Origin: Balamuthia mandrillaris
Taxonomy: Eukaryota
Reading direction: 5' to 3'
NCBI GenBank assembly: GCA_031835245.2
Contig: JAVKOQ020000030.1
Span: 248,001 to 312,000, forward strand
Length of the DNA stretch: 64,000 nt
Both the position numbers and the translations under genes were made by a program. The notes below the pieces were generated by a model, which was not told where the DNA came from, did no database searches, and was given only the letters and a program-made list of their open reading frames with translations. Positions 44,532-56,442 of this stretch are shown piece by piece (within the stretch, counting starts at the first letter, position 1; each line of letters begins with the position of its first letter).

Positions 44532-47500
44532 ATGTACAGATTTTTGGCCCGGAAATGGGTCCGCGCCAAGCGAGAGGCCATGAAGATGGGAGAGACCTCC
44601 TTGCCGACGACCGGCGAAGAAGGGAGCGACAAGATGAAGCGGCTTTGGCTGCGTGCACAACGGACGACCACATCGTCGAAGGACAACAACATTCCGTCCA
44701 AATGGAGAAGACACGCTCTTGCTTCGCCCAGCGCCGACGAAGAAGACAAGAAGCGAAGAGAGGAGCGTTTGATGTTTAGTCGTTTTTCTTTGGTTGCGTG
44801 GCGTCAACCGACCAGTTATCTGACAACGAAAACACAAGAGGAAGCTGACAGCAAGAAAGCAAAAGAACAAGTCAAAGAAGAAGAAGAAGAGACGGACAAA
44901 AAGATTCGGTTTGAGAAGGTTGGGCTGCAACAACTGAAAGTGTTGAGTGCACGCTGGAACAGAGAGTTGAAAGATATTTTGAAGAGCCTCAACGACGGGT
45001 GGACCCCCAAAAAGGAAGCTCTGGACGAGCTGATAGCAGCACTCAGAGGCAGCAAAGACAGAAGAACGAAAGAAGGGGACAAGCCGCAGTTGCCTTCATC
45101 CCCACGGCAACAGCTAGCAGACGCAGAAGAAAGGCTAACCACGTTGCCTGCCCCCACCAAAGCTCAAGACCCAATCCTGCAGTACATGCAGGACAGGATT
45201 TGGACCACACTGACCAACAACTACCTCTCCGTGCTCAGCATGGCAGCCTCTGAGCATGAACTGGCCCAAAAGGGAAAAGCCATCATCAAAAGCTTCAGCA
45301 CAGCCATGAGAAAGCTTAAAGTCAGAGTGCCCAAACAAGAAGATACAGAAGCGCTGCAGCAGGTGAAAGCAACGGAAGCAGAAGCGAAGAAAGCAAAAGT
45401 GGAAGGAGAAGAAGGAGAAGCAGAGAAGCTGGTGCGTCCGTTGGCAGAGTGGCCTTGGCCTTGGCTGGGGGAAGCCAAGTGGTGGGAACGTCTCAAAGCC
45501 TCTGAAATCCGAAGAGAGGCATGGATCAAGTTGTTTCAAGTGAGGAAGAAGGAGCAGGCAGGAGAAGATGGAGAAGGGCCTCAGCTGAAAGCACTTCGCT
45601 TTATTTCGGCAGAAAAGATGGACGTTGTAAGAAAGCTTCTTGAAACGTTCCGAGGCGAAAAGTTGAGAGAGGAGCTGCAAAAGACGCTTGGCAAACAACG
45701 AGTGGAAGCCATACAACGGCTCATCTACGTGGAGGCGCTAATGGAGATCACCAACGACATGCAAAAGCTGCTCAAACGGCACCTACATGACCTTCAGTCC
45801 TCGCAGCTGGCCAACGCAGCGTTCCTTCACACATTGGCTGTTGGTGGACATTTTGCAGTGCACAAGTTTCAGGAGAACGTGGACAGGTTAACGGCTCTTT
45901 ATGCGGAGCAAGAAAAAAGGAGAAAGAAGAAGAAAGTGGCGGGGATGGACGTAGCTGTCCATATTGGAACGCCACCCACCCGTCCTTTGTTGTTGATCCC
46001 AGGTTCTTGTTCTTGTTCTTGTTCTTCTTCTTGTTCTTGTTCTTGTTCTTCTTCTTCTTCTTCTTCTTCTTCTTCTTCTTCTTGTTATGGTTCTCTTCCT
46101 CTTCCTCTTCTGCTTCGTCTTGCTTCTTCTTGTTCTTGTCGTTGTTGCTTCTTGCTTCTTCTTCTCATTCTTCGTTTTCTTTTCTTTTGTTTTACAGGCA
46201 TAGGAGGAAGCATGCTAAAGGCAAGAACGAGAAAAGACTTTCTTTGTGTTGAAGAGTTACTTCACTCGCTAGCTCAACCAGACGATTTAGACATTTGGTT
46301 TTGTTTTTATCGTTTCGAGAGCATCCTTAAGCAATACGCCTTTTCTGAGTACGTCCCTTCCCTTTTTTTTGCTGCTATTCTCTGGCCTTCTTTCTCTGTT
46401 CTACTTCTTCGCTTAACAAGGAACAACAGATTTGATCCAACAGCTCAGTATGCTCGCTCTGCTGATTTAGAGAGAGAAGTTTTTGCTCCAGCGGATTTCC
46501 ATGGCCTACATGCGATAGAGTTTCTCAAGTGAGTACCCTCTCAACGCGACATAATGGGTCTGACACCACTTTATGCAGTTATCTTCCTTCTTTTGGGCCA
46601 ACATTACCCTACTTTCACGTGTTTGCTCGTAACATCATTCTTCTCTCTGCCCGACTTCTTCGTTCCCTAACCTTTTTTATCATTAGAACGAGCTAGGAAC
46701 AGAGGTTATATTTCCGGCGAAACGCTGTTCGGATTCCCTTATGTACGTGTTCTGTTTTTGTACTATATCACTCATTCGGTTAACTCTTTTTTATGTGACT
46801 CTCATTTCTAAAAGGACTTTCGCCAAGGCACATATTATGATCCTCTTTTGCGGCATCTGAGCAATCGCATCAAAACCATCGCCGAAATGACCAACAAGAA
46901 ACTCGATATAGTCAGGTTCGTCTTTCTTGCCTTTTCGCTCTTTTGTTGTTCTTATTTTGATTTTTCTTCTTCTTCTTCTTCTTCTTTTTCTTCGTCTTCT
47001 TCTGCTGATACTTCACGAACCAAAATCTCTTCTTGTTTGTATTGCAGTCATAGCTATGGCGGATTGCTTTTGCGCTCCTGTCTTTATCGGTATCCTGAAA
47101 CAGCAGAATACATTCAAAACTGGGTTACAATTGGCACGCCTTGGCACGGCGGCAGTGCCAAAACCATTTTGTGCAGTATTGGCGGTTTGTTTTGAGCTTC
47201 ACAACCAATTTCGTTTTGTTGTTTGTTTCTGTTTCTGATGAAACCCATATCTTCGATGTTGTGTTTTTATGTTTTATAGGGTATGACTTTGATGTGTCGT
47301 TCCTTTCCAATAAAGCGATGGCTGCCGTGGAAATAACTCTTCCCATTACGTACGAATTTTCCTCTCATTGTTTCTGTCTTCGTTTAGAGCATATGCTTCA
47401 TTTTTTTCTTATCTGTTCTTTGTTTCGCTTCTTTAATAGATACGAGTTGATGCCAGATCCGGAATACAAATGGGAACGACCAGAGCAACAACCAACCATC

Positions 47501-47722
47501 ACTTTCAAGTTGGCGGGACGAGAACAGCGCACCGTACCCGCAGGAGAAGAGTTCATCGAAATCTTAAAAACCATCAACGATGGGACTAGCAAGATTAGTG
47601 CTCCTTGGAACCCGCACATGCATAGGGCAAGCCATACCCATCGCGAGAGCCTAAGGGATCATTTTCCATTTCAAAGTAGTGGTTATCCTTTCCGGTTTTT
47701 CAACTTTTATGGGGCAGTACGT

Positions 47723-47763
<41 letters not shown>

Positions 47764-48050
47764 TCTTTCCTCGTCGCTGAGTACTTGATGCTCTCTGCTT
47801 ATGCTCTTCGCAACAGGGCATTCGCACTCCAACTGGGCTAATCTATAACAAAGAGGTCGAACGTTTGAGCGATCTAAAGCAACACAAAGCAAACTTTGCC
47901 TATGCTGATGGTGACTTCATGTTGGACGTGGAGACAGCTCGCGACGACGGCATGAATGCCGCGGAACGACGTTCCTTCAAACGAAACCACATCGAGCTTA
48001 TATTTAGCCGAGATGTTTTCGAGTCAGCTTTTTCCTATCTGAAAGACTGA
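44532..48050 (+). CDS. LCAT-like phospholipase A/acyltransferase (LCAT3/4-type) with a ~480-aa uncharacterised N-terminal region
   Basis: PLLLIPGIGGS, LFGFPYDFRQ, IVSHSYGG (nucleophile), WVTIGTPWHG, YELMPDP, DGDFML, NHIELI. Confidence 0.82.
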
Positions 48051-48526
48051 AACTTCGTCGACGTTACTCTGTTTGTCACATTCTTATATGGGTGTTGTAC
48101 GCACCTTTGAGGAAACATGTCGAACTACTCTACTCCTATGCTAGCACCAAGCGCTGCCTGGGTCGCCCATTGGATTTGCTTGCTTGGATGAAAAGTGCTC
48201 ACTCAACACAACACAAGACCCAAAGCAGATATAACCAGAGCAGGAGGAGAGAGTTGGGAGAAGATTGTTCCGCAAAACAGAAAATGAATTGCACAGTTGA
48301 TCAACGCGCAATGGTTTGGTTTGACAGTGGTCCTTGTCGACACTGATTTTCCCTGCTGGAAGTAGCGGGGGAAGTGGAGGGACTTTTTTTGCTGCCCTTT
48401 TGACCCTTGCCGTTTCTCTCTTTTCGGTCCGTGTTTCGAAGATTCGATCGATCACATATCATTTTTTGTCGAGCATTAGTTTCGTGTCGTCGTGAATTTA
48501 GACAAACAAAAAAAGAAAGAAAGAAA

Positions 48527-49571
48527 ATGTGGGAAGAGCTGTCGCAGGCTTTGGGCTGGCGGGAAGGCAAGCCCGACCCTGGAAGCCTGGCGGACAGAAG
48601 AAGAAACTCGTGCGTTTTGATCGAGGATTCCATTCGCGCCGATGGCTCCTTCCTCCTCCACCACTTTTTGTTTGGCTTTCTGAAAGCCGGGCACCCTGCC
48701 TGCCTTCTTGCTTTGGATCAAAGTCTCTTCCACTACTTGAGTGTTGGGAAGAAGCTTGTGCGTCACTTTGGCTTCTTTTTTCTTTTGTCCGTTATTGCTT
48801 ACTCTTGCAACAAACATAAACAAAAAAAGGGATTCAACCTGAAAGCAGCACAAGACAAGGGCCAGTTCACCTTCATCAACGGCTTAACCAATCCTTATGC
48901 TTGGACCCAACCTTCAAGTTCTTCTTCTTCTCCTTCTTCTCCTTCTTCTTCTGCACAACAACCGACTTGGCAAATAGGCAAAAAAGAAGAGGGACTCAAA
49001 CCTCTTTACCAACAATTGAAACACTATCTGCTTCCTTCTGCTTCCTTGGCAACAGAGGAAGCAGAAGAAAAGGAGGAGGAGCCATTTTGTCTCATCATAG
49101 ACAACCTCAACCCTTTGCAAAACGTTTATGGCACAAGCCAAGTGGTGGACTTTGTGCGTTATCTCACCGCGGCGGCACATAGCCGTCGGGGCAGCACTTG
49201 TTTGGTGCTGTTGGCACATGGAGATGAAGGAGATGAAGGAGGAGCAGAGAGTTGGTTGAAGCATTTGGAGTATGAAAGCGACATCGTGGTGGGTGTGGAC
49301 GGTTTGCCTTCTGGTTACTCCAAAGATGTTCACGGACAGGTAAGGCAGTTAGTTCTCTGTCTGACACTCTTCTTTTTCTCGGTGGTGTTCTTTCTGCTGT
49401 CCGTTGAACACTGATCGTTGCAATTTATTCTTCACAACAAAGATGTACATTGTGCATGGAAACGTTAGAGAGCAAAAGCCAGTTCAGTTCTTCCATTACA
49501 AGACCCTTGACAATGTAGTTCGATTCACCCCGCTCTTCTTCAAGCCTCCCTCCATTTCTAACACCAGTTAA
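48527..49571 (+). CDS. ELP6: Elongator complex protein 6
   Basis: LIEDSIRADGSFLLHHFL, HYLSVGKKLGFNL, LIIDNL, LPSGYSKDVHGQ. Exons 48527-48757, 48830-49340, 49443-49571. Confidence 0.9.
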
Positions 49572-49579
49572 ATAGAATC

Positions 49580-49659
49580 TTTCTCTTTCTCTTTCTCTTT
49601 CTCTTTCTCTTTCTCTTTCTCTTTCTCTTTCTCTTTCTCTTTCTCTTTCTCTTTCTCTT

Positions 49660-49690
<31 letters not shown>

Positions 49691-49746
49691 TTCTCTTTCT
49701 CTTTCTCTTTCTCTTTCTCTTTCTCTTTCTCTTTCTCTTTTTTCTT

Positions 49747-49813
<67 letters not shown>

Positions 49814-49815
49814 TA
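49580..49815. repeat. (CTCTTT)n hexanucleotide repeat followed by (CT)n
   Basis: Seen directly; pure pyrimidine strand for about 160 bp. Confidence 0.95.
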
Positions 49816-49875
49816 TCCCGGCTTACTCTCGTTTTCTTTCTTCTCTTGCAATTTAAACATATTTTTGAACTACTA

Positions 49876-52704
49876 CTAAAAATTTACAGTGGTACGTCGA
49901 CTGATGGTCTTACGGCCCCTCTTCTTTTGCACTGCCAACGCCACAACCAAGGCCCCCACCGCCACCACTACTACCACAAACAACACCACCGGGATGGTGA
50001 TCTTCCACCACAATCCATCGTCATCCTCGTCTTCATCTTCTTCCTTTTGTTCTTCCTCTTCTCCTGGCAAAAGCACAGACATGTCAGGATCCAACAACAA
50101 GGAGGAGCCTTGCGCGAACCAAGGCAAGGTGATGACCAGCTTCTCTTCTTCTTCTTCCCACTCCACTCCCACCTTCACCACTGCTGCTTCTTCCTCAGGG
50201 TCGTCCAGGAGAAGCACAGCCAAAGGCAAGACGTTCAAGGGGATCTCTGTGTTCTCTGTCCCAAGCTTCAGCATCCACACCGCGTTCTCCTGGGATTGCC
50301 CTTGGGATCGCAAGGAGATGACCCCATCCTGGCTGGAGAGGGAGAGATGGAGCTGCAAGGAGTGGGTGCGGTGTTGGAAGGGCCAGGAGGAGAGCAACAA
50401 GCTCCACTTGAGGGTGTTGGCTGCCATGACCTGCTCCACTCCCGCAAAGCTCATGACCTGCTCTTCCGCGAACATGGTGAACTCCACTTTCATCGCGATG
50501 CTCTCCGTCAAGTTCCTCTGCTCCATGCTGCCTTCTCCTCCTCCTCCCTCCCCAGCCGCGGTGAGGAGAGAGGAGATGTTGGTGGAGAAGGAGATGAAAG
50601 GAAGGGCATGGTTGAGGTTGAAAGTGGTGTTGCCCAACTCCTCCACCACGAATTCCCTTTCCTGCAGTGATGCCAGGGCCACCACTCGGCCCTCTTCATC
50701 CACTTCCTTCAAAGTGGCGAACTGAGCAGAGACCGAGCGGTTGAGCAAGGGCTGGTTGTTGTTTTGAGGGTCAAGGAGAGAGAGGGTGTGATCTGGTGCG
50801 TTCTCGGTGGGGAAGCTGACGGACACGGTGCTCTCTGCTGGTTGAAAGGTGGGAGGAGGGGGAGGAACAGGTTGCAAAGACACCTGAATGAAGGAGTCCA
50901 TGTCCAAGAAGAACGAGGCGGTGAAGGGATCGGATAGCACTGGCCGGATGGTGATGGTGGCTCCTGCTTGCAATGCTGGCAATCGAGTGATGCTCACCTC
51001 CGCTCTCGTGTCATTTTGATGGAGTTCCACCACGACAAGCAACAAAGAAGAAGAGGACGGGTCCGAGTCAGAGGGAGGAGGCTCGGTGAGAAAGTGTTGC
51101 CCATAGACCAGTCCTGCCGACAATTCCAAGGAGAGGTTGAGACGCAGCGAATCCTGAAGAACAGGAAGATGGAGGAGAAGAGGAAGGGCCAGGGCGCTCG
51201 CAGAAGAAGGGAGGAGAAGGGAAGGGGATGAAATGTTCCAAGAGAGCACAGGAAGGTCGTTGCAGTCGCATGATGTTCCCTCGCATGGAGTGAAGCACAC
51301 CACAGAGGCAGCGTCATCTGCGCTGGAAACGACGCCGCTCTGGACATTTCCTTGAAGATGAATGGGGAAAACGCTTTGGAAGGTTTGCGATCCTCCAGAG
51401 GTGGGGAAGCGGATGAGCTCCTGTGCGACCTCGTTGTGTTGGAAAGAGACTCGCCCGTTGGTTCGCAATGAACTAGACACTTCCAATTGAACTGAGAATG
51501 AGGGGAAGCAGCCATCAGCCACAGAGGCCAAAACCAACAACAAACAATGCAGGAAACAGCCGGGTACCTAGAGAAGCTGCAGTGTTGTTCTGAAAAATCA
51601 AGCCAGCACCCTCCATGGTGAAGTCGGTGGTTCCTGTCAAGTGAAGCATGGGTTGATTTCCTCCATGATTGCCTTGGAAGAGAAGGCCGCTTCCACTGGC
51701 AAATACACTGGAGTCAAAAGCTCTTACCATCACTGTGGTACGCATGTAACCGAGGTTAAACCAAGGAAGAACAGGTGAAGGTGACAAACCGACCTTTGTC
51801 CATTCCATCACAATTACCCAAGAGAGAAACGTTTTCAAAAGTCCAATCCACTTCGCGCACGGTCAGCGGCTCTGTTGAGGAACCCTTTGTTCAGCTTTTA
51901 TGAAGCGAAGATGGCAAGCAAAAAGCATATTAAACCAGAGAGAAACGCAAAAAGCGGACCTTTGTAGTTCGGTCCGCTACAGGTATTATCTCTGATCTCC
52001 ACGTTTTTCATGTCCAACTTACTGTTTTCCCCGACGGCCAGTTCGTGCACGAGAGTGAAGGCAGCGTTGGCATTACGAATGAGGAGGTCGTGAACGAGCA
52101 CGTTGATGGGAACGGAGTTTTCCAGGCGGACCAAAAATGCAATGGCAGGGCACTCCACGACCAAATGGCTGAAGGTGAGGTGGAACGTCTCGGTGAGGGC
52201 ATGCTGAAGGCCGAAACAAGCCAACAAGCCTCCACCATCGCCTGAACCGTCGTATGAACCAAGAATTACTGGCCGTTCACCTCCTTTTTCCAACCACCCT
52301 CTGGTTGTTGTTTTCACAAATACGAAACTGTGCATCAGGACAAGGACATGAAAGTAGAGGAACAAAAACAAAGAGAAACAGAACATAAGAACAGACCTGT
52401 AAGTCACACTTTTGGTGATGTTCACAAACTGGATCATGTTGTACTCCCCCGCCGCAAGGACGTACTCATCAAACTCTTCCATTCCTGGAGCAAAAGGGTT
52501 GGGACAAGGCTGCATTTCCGTACAGATTGCACCAGAGGAGCCTGCTTCGAAGTACCCTGTTGACGAAGGAGAAAGTCAGTTTTCTGGCGAGTGGAACGGA
52601 CGACAGAGGGTTTCTGAAAAATCACCAGTTTTAGCAAGGACGAGGGTAAAAGTGGAGAGCAATAGTGAGACAAGGAATGCCTTTGCTGGTCCTGTCATCT
52701 TCAT
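49876..52704 (-). CDS. Type-I membrane/surface protein, paralog A (signal peptide, beta-helix-like N-terminus, ComC-type supersandwich domain, TM, short basic tail)
   Basis: MKMTGPAKAFLVSLLL signal peptide; EYVLAAGEY..NITKSVTYRGW..RPVI; C-terminal NTLKWSLLLSSWPF...ITLPWF...LLDPDMSVL, acidic linker, TM and KKRGRK tail. Confidence 0.75.
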
Positions 52705-53278
52705 TGTGTGTTTGTTTTGTTGTGTTACACTTGAAACCGGTGAAAGCAAAAAATGAGGATGCTCTAGGCCACGAAACCCCTGCTCACAAAATATATTCAC
52801 GCGTTCAAAGGTTTTGAACCCCATAGCGAGATAAGATTTGCTAACAACAACAAAAAAGGAGCAGTTTGTATTGTTTATGTTTATAACATGCTTTTGCGAG
52901 CTTTCCCAGGATAATAAAGAACATCAGCTGCTACATTCCGAAACTCTCCCAGCCAATCCGTTTGGTCGTTCAATCTGTGTTGACTAATGAACAGGAAACT
53001 CCAACTTGAAATGTCCATTTGAAGGCAAAAATGACTAAAAACCAAGTTTTTTTGAGCAGCCAGCCTCCCCAATCTTCCAAAAGCTATATTATCAACTGCA
53101 AATGGAGAAAATATGAGAGAAAAGGGAAATGGTCATCATTGAAGTGCTTTTAGGGGAAAACAGTCTTTATTAAAGGTGTTAATAAGCCCACTACGCCCTC
53201 CAAGTGGAAAGATCTGCATGGCCTGGAGCAGTGAGAAGGATTGCGCAGCATTCTCTTTGCCTTTTTATTGTCGTGGCA

Positions 53279-56024
53279 TTAATAATTTACAGTGGTACGT
53301 AGCCTGATGGTCTTACGACTTGCCTTCTTTTGCAACACCAAAACCACGAGAACAGCTCCCACCGCCACCGCCACCACAAACAACACCACCGGGATGGTGA
53401 TCTTCCACCACAATCCATCGTCATCCTCGTCTTCATCTTCTTCCTTTTCGTCCACCAGAAGAGACATGTCAGGGTCCAACAACAAGGAGGAGCCTTGCGC
53501 GAACCAAGGCAAGGTGATGACCAGCTTCTCTTCTTCTTCTTCCCACTCCACTCCCACCTCCACCACTGCTGCTTCTTCCTCAGGGTCGTTCAGGAGAAGC
53601 ACAGCCAAAGGCAAGACGTTCAAGGGGATCTCTGTGTTCTCCGTCCCAAGCTTCAGCATCCACACCGCGTTCTCCTGGGATTGCTCTTGGGATCGCAAGG
53701 AGATGACCCCATCCTGGCTGGAGAGGGAGAGATGGAGCTGCAAGGAGTGGGTGCGGTGTTGGAAGGGCCAGGAGGAGAGCAACAAGCTCCACTTGAGGGT
53801 GTTGGCTGCCATGACCTGCTCCACTCCCGCGAAGCTCATGACCTGCTCTTCCGCGAACATGGTGAACTCCACTTTCATCGCGATGCTTTCTGTCAAGTTC
53901 CTCTGCTCCATGCTGCCTTCTCCTCCTCCTCCCTCCCCAGCCACAGTGAGGAGAGAGGAGATGTTGGTGGAGAAGGAGATGAAAGGAAGGGCATGGTTGA
54001 GGTTGAAAGTGGTGTTGCCCAACTCCTCCACCACGAATTCCCTTTCCTGCAATGATGCCAGGGCCACCACTCGGCCCTCTTCATCCACTTCCTTCAAAGT
54101 GGCGAACTGAGCAGAGACCGAGCGGTTGAGCAAGGGCTGGTTGTTGTTTTGAGGGTCAAGGAGAGAGAGGGTGTGGTCTGGTGCGTTCTCGGTGGGGAAG
54201 CTGACAAACAGAGTACTATCTGATGGCTGAAAAGTCGGCTGCAAAGACACCTCAATGAAGGAGTCCATGTCCAAGAAGAACGAGGCGGTGAACGGGTCGG
54301 GAGGAACTGCTTGAATAGTGATGGTGGCTACATCTCTTCGCGATGTTGGCAATCGAGTAATGGCCAGCCGTGCTTGCTCGTTACGAGATACTTCGATCGT
54401 AACATTCAATACTGAAGAAGCACTAGTGGGGTCAGTGGGTGAAGGCTCGGTGACGAAGTGTTCGCCATAGAACAATCCTGCTGACAGCTCCAAGTAGAGA
54501 TGAAGTTGCAAGGAACCTTCACCAGCTGGAAAATGGGAAAGAAGAGGAAGAGCTAGAGAGCCTTGGGGAGACAGAAATTGCAGGGAAGGAGATGGAATAT
54601 CCCATGCTACGACCGGAAAGTCGTTGCAGTCGCATGATGCTCCCTCACATGGGGTGAAGCACACGACGGAAGCATCATCAGCAACTTGGAAGATGTTTGT
54701 GTCGTCACTTTCTTGAAAGTCAATGGCTAAAAAACTGCGAAGTGCTGTTGACCCAGAAACGAAGTTGAAATAATGTCCAGATACAATATTACGTTTGAAG
54801 GAGACGCGACCATTCGTTTGCAATGAGCTGGAACCTTGCAGGTTAACTGATAGTAAGAGAGAAAGCAACTCTTTAGGGCGATGCTTTTCAGAGCAGATGA
54901 AACACGGAATACACGCAGCTAGATAAAGATATGTACCCACGTCACTACAAGCAATATCTTCAAACAGCATGTCAGCCCCGTCCATAGTAACGGTTGTGGT
55001 TCCAAGCAGCTCAAGAACAGGACGCGTTCCTGCATGGTTGCCTTGATAGATGAGAGCACCGCCACTGCTTTTTGCATCACAATCCTGCAGTCTCGTCAGC
55101 ACTTTTTAAATAAATCAGCTAAACAAAGTACGAGTTGATATAGAACTAAAATCACACCTTTATCATTTTCAATACACGAGTCCGCTAATGCAACGCTTCC
55201 AAAAGTCCAATCCACGTGATACAGCGCCAATGGCTCTGTTGAAGCAAGAAGTCAGTTTAAAAAGAGCATGGAAACTAGTAAAACAATGGAACCTTTGTAG
55301 TTGTCTCCTCCACAAGTCAGGCCCCTCATTTCAAAGTTCTTCATGTCCAACTTGCTGTGTTGGTTGGGCGGAGCTTCATGGACCAGAACGAACCCCCCGT
55401 TGGCGCCTTGGATGAGGAGGTCATGAACGACCACGTTGATTGGGACAGTAACTCGGAACAGGAAAGCGATGCCAGAGCATTCCACAACGAGATGGCTGAA
55501 AGTCAGGTTGAAGGATTCAAGGTTCAAATACTGAAGGCTAAAACAAGCTTCAACAAGGCCACCCAAGCCACCTGTTGAGCCTTTTATCACAGGGCGTGTG
55601 GCCTCTCCTTTCTCCAACCATCCCCTGTTTTTTTTTTTTTGTTAAAAAAAAGCTTGCTGGTTTAACGAGAAGAACGGACGAAGGGATGAGAGAGAAAAAG
55701 ACCTGTAGGTCACGCTGCGGGTGATGTTGGTAAACTGCGGCATTTGGTACTCCCCCGCCGCAAGAACATACTCATCAAAAACCATTTCCGGTGCAAAAGG
55801 GTTGTCACACGGGTCCGTTGCTGTACACGTTTCTCCGGAAGCGCCGGCTTGGAAGTATCCTGCAAACCCGAACCAAACAAGAAAGAAAAAGAGCAACATT
55901 CGCTCAACGACAGGAGTTCAAAAAAACCTTTTTTTTTTTTCTGTTACGGACCTGTGTTGGCGGCTGCCATGGAACAAAGCCAGAGCAGCGAATAGAACGC
56001 TACAATGGTGGCGTGCCTGGCCAT
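53279..56024 (-). CDS. Type-I membrane/surface protein, paralog B (tandem duplicate of A)
   Basis: MARHATIVAFYSLLWL signal peptide; same exon pattern and motifs as paralog A; C-terminal ~250 codons nearly identical. Confidence 0.75.
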
Positions 56025-56442
56025 CCTTGTTCGCTGCTCTGCTTTCTGCAATGCTTCTCCTGCTTTCCGCTGCCAGCAATACACGAAAGACCCTTTGCCA
56101 AATGAATTAACACCACGAGCTGCCCCAAATATAGGGGTGCCGCTTCGATCTCGTTTTTCAAAACGCCAATGGAAAATCATAGTGTTTCATTTCCAACTTA
56201 AAGAAATCCCATAATAGTATATATACTTTTTGTCGACAAATTAGAAAGTGCTATGAATTTCCATTCGTTGATCTGTAATGCGATCTGATTTTAACTAAAA
56301 TGTCGACAATAGAAGAAAATCAAAGAAGAAAGCGAAAAGAGAGATCGCAACACAACCCAACAACCCCCTCGGCTTCCTCTCCTCCTCTCTCTCTCCCCCT
56401 CTCACGCCTCCTCGCGCCTCCTCACACCCTCCCCCCCAAAAT

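Noticed and set aside
48050..48400. Possible snoRNA or ORF in the LCAT-ELP6 gap
   Set aside because: No convincing C/D or H/ACA box pair and no recognisable protein motif.
49846..54110. Duplicated 240-280 aa + strand ORFs
   Set aside because: Antisense to the surface-protein genes; conserved only because the DNA is duplicated.
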